Below are positions 17,139-23,496 of a stretch of DNA of 26,059 nt, one piece after another (within the stretch, counting starts at the first letter, position 1; each line of letters begins with the position of its first letter). The notes under the pieces are model-generated. The model did no database searches. It saw only the letters and a program-made list of their open reading frames with translations, and was not told where the DNA came from. Where the stretch lies: positions 1 through 26,059 of the IMG/VR virus record IMGVR_UViG_3300037504_000207, one strand, 5' to 3'. Source of the stretch: a virus (taxonomy: Duplodnaviria > Caudoviricetes). The position numbers and the translations under genes were made by a program.

Positions 17139-17259
17139 TGCGCTCATCAGAATGAGCGCGTCTTTTGGCACAATCATCACACATTTGTACCGCTGCGCCA
17201 TGATGTTCCGCAACAACCTTGTGCCCACACTTGGCGGTAAGTACCATTCTGAAGCTCAT
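16978..17259 (-). CDS. Cassette gene: Cys-rich protein (93 aa) reading into its attC
   Basis: AAGGAG RBS; multiple CxxC motifs. Confidence 0.65.
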   Translation of the reverse strand: MSFRMVLTAKCGHKVVAEHHGAAVQMCDDCAKRRAHSDERSPTQHKADGGIAGDYCGNCKEAWPCNCDEPHQHCGICAGSLQWDCTCTEREHV

Positions 17260-17288
17260 AATTTATTTATTCTCCTTTTCTAAAAGCT

Positions 17289-17410
17289 GCCCAACGGTTT
17301 GCGTAACCCGGCGGCTTTGACACGTGACTTTGCGATGTGCGCTACGCTAACTGTAACTTTGCGGTCGCGTACCACGCGGCGCAGCCGCTCGGGTTGATGC
17401 TTTGTTAGGC
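17289..17410 (-). repeat. attC site 12 (122 bp)
   Basis: GCCCAAC..GCGTAACCCGGCGGCT / AGCCGC-T-CGGGTT-G-ATGC..GTTAGGC. Confidence 0.9.
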
Positions 17411-17812
17411 GTGAGAGTTTAGATAATTTGCCAAAGAACCAAGACCAACAAAAACCATTCCGCCATTATTGGCGATCATGCGGCCAACATTTCGCAACGA
17501 TTTTAGCTGCCCTTCCGTGAACCTTGCACCGCCTTCGTCGTATTCAAGATAGCAAAATAGTGTTTTGCTGGGGCGCTTATTGCTGTCATCAACAGCTTCA
17601 GCGATAGCATAAACGCCAGTCATTTTTGGAGTAATAACATATGTGCAGAAATCGCAACTCTCGCGCTCCTCCAACTCTCGTTGATACGCTTCCTCATTCC
17701 AATCATCGACAACGGGATTGAAATAGTCAATATCCAGCGAAGGGATCAATTGCTCTCGCCATTGTGACCCGTTGCATGTACCGCCTAAGAATACCTTTTT
17801 GCTTTTACTCAT
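17405..17812 (-). CDS. Cassette gene: nucleoside 2-deoxyribosyltransferase-like protein
   Basis: KVFLGGTCNGSQWRE, YFNPVVDDW, YAIAEAVDDS motifs of the NDT-like family; TAA stop lies in the R'' box. Confidence 0.85.
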   Translation of the reverse strand: MSKSKKVFLGGTCNGSQWREQLIPSLDIDYFNPVVDDWNEEAYQRELEERESCDFCTYVITPKMTGVYAIAEAVDDSNKRPSKTLFCYLEYDEGGARFTEGQLKSLRNVGRMIANNGGMVFVGLGSLANYLNSHA

Positions 17813-17837
17813 CTTTCTAAAACTCCTTTCGGCTCAC

Positions 17838-17958
17838 GCCTAACGGTGAGCATAACCTGGCGCCGTTGCTGCCGTCATTGGCAAGGCGGGCAACGCTTAC
17901 CGTAACTTTGGATCGCGTACCCCGCGCCGACGGCGCTCAGGTTGATGCGTGGTTAGGT
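17838..17958 (-). repeat. attC site 11 (121 bp)
   Basis: GCCTAAC..GCATAACCTGGCGCCG / CGGCGC-T-CAGGTT-G-ATGC..GTTAGGT; near copy of 20994-21114. Confidence 0.9.
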
Positions 17959-18245
17959 TCACTCTCATCTCGCAATGGAATTGGAGTACGATTAGACCAC
18001 CAATTTATTTTCGGTAACTCGTCTCGATGATATTCTTGTTCTTCTAAGGAATACTCAAAATATGGTGAGTATCCCTCACGTTGAAACGCATCCATCATGC
18101 CTATAAATTCGCGATATGCGTATTTACCAAGACTTATGCGAAACAATATCTTTGCAAAAATATTTCTTTCACGCATGGCTCTAATAAAGTCTAATGACCA
18201 TGTTGCCAGCGTTCCCCATTGTGTTTGCCTGATTTCTTTTCTCAT
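17937..18245 (-). CDS. Cassette gene: hypothetical protein (102 aa)
   Basis: Fills the cassette; ATG only ~10 bp from the core site with no clear RBS; ends inside the attC arm. Confidence 0.7.
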   Translation of the reverse strand: MRKEIRQTQWGTLATWSLDFIRAMRERNIFAKILFRISLGKYAYREFIGMMDAFQREGYSPYFEYSLEEQEYHRDELPKINWWSNRTPIPLRDESEPNHAST

Positions 18246-18254
18246 AAAATGTGA

Positions 18255-18376
18255 ACCTAACGGTGAGCATAACCTGCGGGGCTTGACACATTACTTTGCC
18301 CCAGTGAACTCGCCTGACGGAGCGCCGCTTACCACCGGGGCGCTGGCGCCCCGTCAGCGTTGATGCTTTGTTAGGG
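18255..18376 (-). repeat. attC site 10 (122 bp)
   Basis: ACCTAAC..GCATAACCTGCGGGGC / GCCCCG-T-CAGCGTT-G-ATGC..GTTAGGG. Confidence 0.9.
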
Positions 18377-19324
18377 CGCTTCTTCGCCCTGAGGTACTTG
18401 ATTTTGCGTGGACTGTTCTTGACTAACAGGAATTGATACTGGCGTTTCTCCTGAACCAAGGATAAGTACATCGGGAGTCTTTTCGTTTTCCGACATAACT
18501 TTGATCCAAAGGTACTGCACGGCTGCATCACCTTCCAGGCCAAGTACATTCAGCGATTCTTTTTGCTGTTCTGCGACCATAAAAGCAGTTTCGGCTTCGT
18601 ACATTTCACGCTGGCGTGATATTTTTGCGGCTTCTAGCAAGGCTGTTTGCTCGGTGATTTTTCGCTGACTAACAATGGACTCGTCAAAGCTCTTTGCGAC
18701 TTCTTGCGAAGTAAAATCCCAGTTTTTGAATGACACATTTGTTAACAATATCCCGCGCTTTTCAAACCACGGTGAAACATTTTTGAAGATAGACTCTTCA
18801 ACCTGTGCCCTTTTATCGCTGAGTTCTTCGGGGGTATATTCCTTCACGGACTTGGAGACATCACCAACAATGCTATTGCGCCAAACATTCATAATATGAT
18901 TTGCGTCAAGCGAACCCGTGCGATTTATTTCCTTGAGCCAATCGACCGATGCTGTATCATAGTAAAAGCAAAGATCAACTGTAATGCCATAGCTTCCCTT
19001 CAGAGCCGGAGTATACGTCTCGCATCGTTCATAGTTTGTTGATGCTGGGTACAAGTGGACAGAACCCCAAAAGGGCTTTTTGGCAAGGCCGTTAGAAAGT
19101 GGCCCGCGCAACTCCTGGGACATCGCCGCCTTGCTAATGCCAATATGTTGAGTTGGAACGATACGATGTGTCTGCAACCAAATACCCAAAACTAGACAAA
19201 CGATGGCGAAGAAGCCGATAACTGCGGCCCTGCCGCTATTCATATCCGTTAGCTCATACAAAGCCCAAAGGGCAAGAGCAACGAAAACGACAAACAAAAC
19301 TACTGCTGATATTCCGAATAACAT
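18371..19324 (-). CDS. Cassette gene: SPFH/Band 7 (prohibitin-like) membrane protein
   Basis: Two N-terminal TM helices, IVPTQHIGI, YTPEELSDKRAQVEESI, GILLTNVSFKNWDF, coiled-coil tail; ATG at 19324 after GAAAGG; stop in the R'' box. Confidence 0.8.
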   Translation of the reverse strand: MLFGISAVVLFVVFVALALWALYELTDMNSGRAAVIGFFAIVCLVLGIWLQTHRIVPTQHIGISKAAMSQELRGPLSNGLAKKPFWGSVHLYPASTNYERCETYTPALKGSYGITVDLCFYYDTASVDWLKEINRTGSLDANHIMNVWRNSIVGDVSKSVKEYTPEELSDKRAQVEESIFKNVSPWFEKRGILLTNVSFKNWDFTSQEVAKSFDESIVSQRKITEQTALLEAAKISRQREMYEAETAFMVAEQQKESLNVLGLEGDAAVQYLWIKVMSENEKTPDVLILGSGETPVSIPVSQEQSTQNQVPQGEEAP

Positions 19325-19377
19325 CTTTACTACCTTTCTGCCTTTCGGCAAACTAAAATGAACTTATTGGCGTAGCG

Positions 19378-19499
19378 CACTAACGGTTTGCATAACCTGC
19401 GGGGCTTGACACGTATCTTTGCCCAGATACATTCGCCTGACGGAGCGGAGCTTACCATCGGGGCGTGCGCGCCCCGTCAGAGTTGATGCAAAGTTCGCG
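19378..19499 (-). repeat. attC site 9 (122 bp, non-canonical R'' CGCGAAC)
   Basis: CACTAAC..GCATAACCTGCGGGGC / GCCCCG-T-CAGAGTT-G-ATGC..GTTCGCG; close relative of site 10. Confidence 0.88.
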
Positions 19500-19510
19500 G
19501 TTCAAAGCGG

Positions 19511-19816
19511 CTAAAGCTGAGACCTTCGCTTTATCATGGACAAAGCGCCACGAACAGCGGAAATCTTTGCGGCGCTGCCCCTAATCTTTTCTGACAGCTC
19601 GCATTCGCCCGAGTTTCTTGGTGTTGAGGTAGTATCCTTGCTATCGACGGCATTCAAGATAGGAGAAAGCATCTCGAGTAATTCCTTTGTGGCTTCTTCC
19701 AGAGACAAAACTTCTCTTTCAAGAACTTCTAGAGCCGCAGGAATATCCTTCTGCTTTGCGGCTACTTTCAAGTTGGGGGCTTCATGGTAATTATCTGGTT
19801 GAGTATATTCAGTCAT
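19511..19816 (-). CDS. Cassette gene: coiled-coil hypothetical protein (~101 aa)
   Basis: GGAAGG RBS, ATG at 19816; helical-hairpin-like sequence. Confidence 0.7.
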   Translation of the reverse strand: MTEYTQPDNYHEAPNLKVAAKQKDIPAALEVLEREVLSLEEATKELLEMLSPILNAVDSKDTTSTPRNSGECELSEKIRGSAAKISAVRGALSMIKRRSQL

Positions 19817-20168
19817 AAACACCTTCCTTTGCTACACTAAAAAGCTTTGACCGCGAACGGACAGGTTCACCGGCGTATATTGGGCAACCCCAATCATCTG
19901 GCACTAATGTGTAACCAGGGCAAGACATGTGATTTTCGCAAGATTCGCATACGTCCGGTGCAACAGTGGTTAGGCGAAAAACCGGTTCGTAGCCTTCAGA
20001 GATTGCCGTCCTAAGCTCATCTTCTTGCTGAGTATCCAGGTCGATGCAACCGCTAAAAACCGTTCCGCTGTGGAAATCGTGCATTGATAATTCGATACCC
20101 TTCTCTGTCATATACACTGATCCGCCGTCTTTTGCGTGCCAATCTTGAAATACTAAAGTAACTTTCAT
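19809..20168 (-). CDS. Cassette gene: hypothetical protein (119 aa) reading through its whole attC
   Basis: AGGAG RBS; frame stays open across 19852-19975 and stops in the next cassette. Confidence 0.7.
   Translation of the reverse strand: MKVTLVFQDWHAKDGGSVYMTEKGIELSMHDFHSGTVFSGCIDLDTQQEDELRTAISEGYEPVFRLTTVAPDVCESCENHMSCPGYTLVPDDWGCPIYAGEPVRSRSKLFSVAKEGVYD
19852..19975 (-). repeat. attC site 8 (124 bp, divergent, entirely within an ORF)
   Basis: CGCGAAC..GTTCACCGGCGTAT / ATACG-T-CCGGTG-C-AAC..GTTAGGC; both cores match the expected cassette ends. Confidence 0.8.
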
Positions 20169-20190
20169 TGCGTACTCCTGTAGGTTTTGC

Positions 20191-20316
20191 GCCTAACGGT
20201 TTGCATAACCGGATGGTGGGGCGCAAGGTAGGACTTGCATTTGCGGAAGGCATCGGATATCCTTTTTAGATGCTTTGCGCGCATTACCCACCATTCCGGT
20301 TGATGCTTTGTTAGCC
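20191..20316 (-). repeat. attC site 7 (126 bp)
   Basis: GCCTAAC..GCATAACCGGATGGTGGG / CCCACCAT-T-CCGGTT-G-ATGC..GTTAGCC. Confidence 0.9.
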
Positions 20317-20487
20317 CGCTATATCACGCACGAACTCATACAGGCATTTAATTTTACAGAAATCATAAGTCTTAGCCATGTTTTTGTTTTCCTTTTTTGG
20401 TAGTGACAGGGAGATCCATAACGTCGCTCGCGACACATCCTTCTTATTGCCGCACCAGTCACATTCGATCAAATGTTTTTTTGCCAT
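20311..20487 (-). CDS. Cassette gene: 58-aa Zn-finger-like protein (not in ORF track)
   Basis: GAAAGGA RBS; MAKKHLIECDWCGNKKD...YDFCKIKCLYEFVRDIAG*; TAA in the R'' box. Confidence 0.8.
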   Translation of the reverse strand: MAKKHLIECDWCGNKKDVSRATLWISLSLPKKENKNMAKTYDFCKIKCLYEFVRDIAG

Positions 20488-20512
20488 TGTTATATTCCTT
20501 TCCCGCGTAGCG

Positions 20513-20640
20513 GGCTAACGAACTTGCATAAGCTGCGGGGCGGATTGCCTACGCTTGCTCATGCTCGAATAATGTTTTTTGCTCAGGCTGACCGCTTACC
20601 CGCGGGGCGGTAGCCCCGTCAGCTTGATGCGTAGTTAGGC
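20513..20640 (-). repeat. attC site 6 (128 bp)
   Basis: GGCTAAC..GCATAAGCTGCGGGGC / GCCCCG-T-CAGCTT-G-ATGC..GTTAGGC. Confidence 0.9.
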
Positions 20641-20974
20641 CCAGCATATATTCTTTTGCTTTATCGTTGGCAATTCTAATTGCGTCTTGGGGGTTTTCTG
20701 ATGTGGCAGACACAATATATACTACCTTATTGCGTTCCCACGAATGGCGGTAGCATTCGTTTGGCAATAGTTTCGCACCACAACCAAGTGTAGGGTTGGC
20801 CCCACACTTTCTACAAACATCGCATATTACACCAACCTTGAATAACCACATTTTGCGGGTCCCATAGCCATTCATTGCATCACCAGTTGTTCTTGTAAGA
20901 GAAAAGCTGGTGTAAAAATTATTTTCTATCTTACTCAGAGCTTCATGGTTATTTATGCCCATTATTGCCGTCAT
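20549..20974 (-). CDS. Cassette gene: hypothetical protein (141 aa, Cys cluster) reading into attC loop
   Basis: GAAAGGA RBS; CDVCRKC..C..C. Confidence 0.7.
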   Translation of the reverse strand: MTAIMGINNHEALSKIENNFYTSFSLTRTTGDAMNGYGTRKMWLFKVGVICDVCRKCGANPTLGCGAKLLPNECYRHSWERNKVVYIVSATSENPQDAIRIANDKAKEYMLGLTTHQADGATAPRVSGQPEQKTLFEHEQA

Positions 20975-20993
20975 ATAATATTCCTTTCGCTGG

Positions 20994-21114
20994 GCCTAAC
21001 GGTTTGCATAACCTGGCGCCGTTGCTGCCGTCATTGGCAATGCGGATGGCGCTTACCGCAACTTCGGACCGCGTATCCCGCGCCGACGGCGCTCAGGTTG
21101 ATGCTTTGTTAGAA
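20994..21114 (-). repeat. attC site 5 (121 bp)
   Basis: GCCTAAC..GCATAACCTGGCGCCG / CGGCGC-T-CAGGTT-G-ATGC..GTTAGAA. Confidence 0.9.
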
Positions 21115-21244
21115 AGCGTACTGTTTCCGATAAAACCCTATATAGTTCTCGATAAATATATGGGTTTTTATAGTTTTTACTACACTTGATAATAAATGTA
21201 GTAAATATTATAAGGATAATCGCAACCAGATAGTATATGTACAA
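21053..21244 (-). CDS. Possible second small membrane-protein gene in the HNH cassette
   Basis: Hydrophobic N-terminus in an AT-rich tract; no clear RBS; may be spurious. Confidence 0.35.
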   Translation of the reverse strand: MYIYYLVAIILIIFTTFIIKCSKNYKNPYIYRELYRVLSETVRFLTKHQPERRRRGIRGPKLR

Positions 21245-21266
21245 ACAAATCCTATACAGTTATATG

Positions 21267-21602
21267 TCATGTGTATGGGTTTTGTCTGAGTACTTCAAGC
21301 GCTGCATTTTCTCTCTCGACAAATACACTTGTCTCGCCAGCGAACACAACCCTATGGCTCTCAGCCATATTTATAGCCGCTATTTTTCGACGATACTCTT
21401 CAACTGTTCGGGCACCTTTTGATACATTGCAGCTTTGACAAGATATAACTATATTGTTTGCATCGCCACCACCACGAGATATTGGCACCATGTGCTCTAC
21501 AACGCTATCTCCGGAGCATTTTTTTCCGCAATAAAAACAGTAAGAACCAATTGTTTCTAGCGCCTTTGCTGCCTTCCGTAAATAACCTAGGTCGATTTCC
21601 AT
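21267..21602 (-). CDS. Cassette gene: HNH endonuclease
   Basis: CFYCG...VEHMVPISRGG..ANNIVISCQSCNVSKG; ATG at 21602 after AAGGA (the upstream ORF-track start lies within attC). Confidence 0.88.
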   Translation of the reverse strand: MEIDLGYLRKAAKALETIGSYCFYCGKKCSGDSVVEHMVPISRGGGDANNIVISCQSCNVSKGARTVEEYRRKIAAINMAESHRVVFAGETSVFVERENAALEVLRQNPYT

Positions 21603-21619
21603 GATATGTTCCTTACGCT

Positions 21620-21739
21620 TTCTAACGGTTTGCATAAGGCGCGGGGCTTAGGCCATTACTTTGCCTGTGGCGCTTGCCAAAAGTCGCCGCAGTTTCACGC
21701 GGGGCGCTGGCGCACCGTCGCCTTGATGCCTTGTTAGGC
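21620..21739 (-). repeat. attC site 4 (120 bp)
   Basis: TTCTAAC..GCATAAGGCGCGG / CCG-T-CGCCTT-G-ATGC..GTTAGGC. Confidence 0.9.
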
Positions 21740-21964
21740 TGCTTTATATATGCCAACCATGCCTTGATGTTCTAATTCGTCAACGGTGTAGTGGTCAGTG
21801 GCTTTCGGGGGGCCAATGATGTTTTCGTTCACCCACTGCATATGGTATTGCCACTCGCGATCACGAATATTCTGATCGTGAAAAGCGGCATAAGAATATA
21901 CCAATTTAGATTTCGCATCTTCTTTTCTTGGATCATAGATGTTTGATAGGTGTTTTCCTAGCAT
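21734..21964 (-). CDS. Cassette gene: hypothetical protein (76 aa)
   Basis: AAAGGAG RBS; stop in the R'' box. Confidence 0.8.
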   Translation of the reverse strand: MLGKHLSNIYDPRKEDAKSKLVYSYAAFHDQNIRDREWQYHMQWVNENIIGPPKATDHYTVDELEHQGMVGIYKAA

Positions 21965-21986
21965 GTAAAGCTCCTTTCTAAAAGCT

Positions 21987-22105
21987 GCCTAACGAATGAG
22001 CTAAGCTGTGGGGCTTGATTCTTCACTTTGCCCAGGGCCTTCGCCTTTGATCGCTCGCTGACTCTTGGGGCGCTGGCGCACCATCAGCTTGAGCGCTAGT
22101 TGGGC
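21987..22105 (-). repeat. attC site 3 (119 bp)
   Basis: GCCTAAC..GCTAAGCTGTGG / CCA-T-CAGCTT-G-AGC..GTTGGGC. Confidence 0.88.
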
Positions 22106-22107
22106 AG

Positions 22108-22302
22108 CTATTCAAAAATATACTGACCATTATCTGATGCCTGAAAGTGCTTACAGTACTTCTCGTCGCAAAGATCATCTGCAACGATAACAAAATAACT
22201 AACCTGACCACAGATTGGACACGCGGCATACTCGAGATATGTCTGCGGGCCGTAATTGTTTTCAAGCTCAATAAGTTTCGCTTCTTCTGTGTACGTTTTC
22301 AT
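22108..22302 (-). CDS. Cassette gene: 64-aa Zn-finger-like protein
   Basis: AAGGAG RBS, ATG at 22302; CPICG...CKH; the longer ORF-track version starts upstream of the attC. Confidence 0.75.
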   Translation of the reverse strand: MKTYTEEAKLIELENNYGPQTYLEYAACPICGQVSYFVIVADDLCDEKYCKHFQASDNGQYIFE

Positions 22303-22326
22303 AATTTTATTTCTCCTTTGAAAGCT

Positions 22327-22461
22327 GCCCAACGGGCCGCGGTTGACCTGCAACGTGGGGGATCGACTGTAAGTCAACCGCTTTGCCCATAAGTTTGTTG
22401 TTACTCTCTCCGCCGCTTTCAGCGACAATCCCCCCGTTGCCAGGTTGAATCGCTGTTGGGC
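22327..22461 (-). repeat. attC site 2 (135 bp, divergent)
   Basis: GCCCAAC..GGTTGACCTGCAACG / CGTTG-C-CAGGTT-G-AATC..GTTGGGC. Confidence 0.8.
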
Positions 22462-22491
22462 GGCGCGGGTTCGACACAAAGAAGTCATGCG

Positions 22492-22707
22492 CTATGTCGC
22501 CATCTCTTGCTGTTCGTCTTGCCCGCCCGCCTTATTGCCAGAAAATGCTCTTTCGACACGATTAGCGGCGATAAATGTATCGTTGAGCATGGCAAAATCA
22601 TTGAAAGCGATATGCTTGATGCCAGGCATAAGGCCCTCTGCAATCTCTTTTAGATCAACAATGATTTCTGCGAGTTCTTCTTTTGTATAATCATCTTTCT
22701 TTGTCAT
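22492..22707 (-). CDS. Cassette gene: hypothetical protein (~71 aa)
   Basis: AAAGGA RBS, ATG at 22707; unusually long structured leader. Confidence 0.7.
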   Translation of the reverse strand: MTKKDDYTKEELAEIIVDLKEIAEGLMPGIKHIAFNDFAMLNDTFIAANRVERAFSGNKAGGQDEQQEMAT

Positions 22708-22833
22708 AATCTTTTCCTTTTGTAGATAAAATAGGGCGGGCATTTGGTAAATCTAGTAGCCCGCAAAACAGCGTAACCGCGGCCCGTTGGGCGTCGGGAG
22801 CGTGGCTCCCCGGAGGGGACGTCACCGAGCGAC

Positions 22834-22955
22834 GCCCAACGAACTTGTTTCACTTGCAGGGCTTGGGCAATTACTTTGCCTAGCAGTACACGCCCAAATG
22901 TTGGCCGCTTGCCACCAGGGCGCCCGCGCCCTGTCAAGTGGAAACGTAGTTAGGC
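22834..22955 (-). repeat. attC site 1 (122 bp)
   Basis: GCCCAAC..GTTTCACTTGCAGGGC / GCCCTG-T-CAAGTG-G-AAAC..GTTAGGC. Confidence 0.88.
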
Positions 22956-22965
22956 ATAAAGCGGG

Positions 22966-23454
22966 TTATTCACCGATAAGTCCGATACGACTGGCGCTTT
23001 TTTCTTCACCGATGCATACTGCGCAACAACCCATCGGCAGGCCATGTTCGCACTCAGTATCTCGTTCGCTGCGAACAATACTAAACCCATTGATTTCTTC
23101 GATGATGCCGTCAATATCATCAGCGCGTGTCTTTTCGGCTAAAGTAGAGACAATACACTCATTGAATTCTTCGTCTCCGCACCCCTGTAAATTGAACAAA
23201 TACTCAAGCCGCTCCCTGTCATAACTTGGGTTTCGTGGCAAAACCGCAATGACATCTCCAAAGTCAGATTCTTCCAACGGATGATACTCTTCTTGTACCC
23301 ACGTTAGCTTGACGCCGACCTGATGCTCATAAAACCCATTCGGAATATTGTCACCGCGCTCTTGTTGATATTCTTGCTCAATATCAAAATAGCGTATTGT
23401 ATCTCCGTTGCAGACTTCGATGCCATATTTGTCGTGGACTAAAATTGTAATCAT
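22966..23454 (-). CDS. First cassette gene: acidic protein with YopX-like N-terminal motif
   Basis: DKYGIEVCNGDTI resembles the YopX DKNGxEIYEGDI motif; GAAAGG RBS. Confidence 0.6.
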   Translation of the reverse strand: MITILVHDKYGIEVCNGDTIRYFDIEQEYQQERGDNIPNGFYEHQVGVKLTWVQEEYHPLEESDFGDVIAVLPRNPSYDRERLEYLFNLQGCGDEEFNECIVSTLAEKTRADDIDGIIEEINGFSIVRSERDTECEHGLPMGCCAVCIGEEKSASRIGLIGE

Positions 23455-23477
23455 TTGCTACACCTTTCTAGCTTTAT

Positions 23478-23496
23478 GCCTAACTATTAAATAGGC
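23478..23496 (-). promoter_or_regulatory. attI-like recombination site
   Basis: Minus strand GCCTATT-TAATA-GTTAGGC: degenerate L box, 5-bp spacer, canonical R box; no attC arm upstream; heads the array. Confidence 0.7.

Larger units (their letters stand above)
16944..23496 (-). mobile_element. Integron-type gene cassette array: attI-like site plus 13 attC-bounded cassettes, no intI in window
   Basis: 13 imperfect palindromes RYYYAAC...GTTRRRY separating mostly single co-oriented ORFs; see individual sites. Confidence 0.92.

Noticed and set aside
18181-18549. Minus-strand 122-aa ORF spanning attC 10, and ORF-track extensions such as 22108-22488 and 22704-22937
   Set aside because: They overlap better-supported genes or start in or beyond attC sites without an RBS.
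18283-19430. TTGACA in several attC loops as antisense promoters
   Set aside because: No consistent -10 element at proper spacing across copies.
16944-22955. CRISPR array or REP/BIME interpretation of the repeats
   Set aside because: Repeats are ~120 bp, variable, separated by whole genes and carry attC cores and extrahelical bases; no cas genes.
16944-22955. Repeats as simple intrinsic terminators
   Set aside because: No U-tracts; long stems with fixed bulges and cassette-specific end complementarity.
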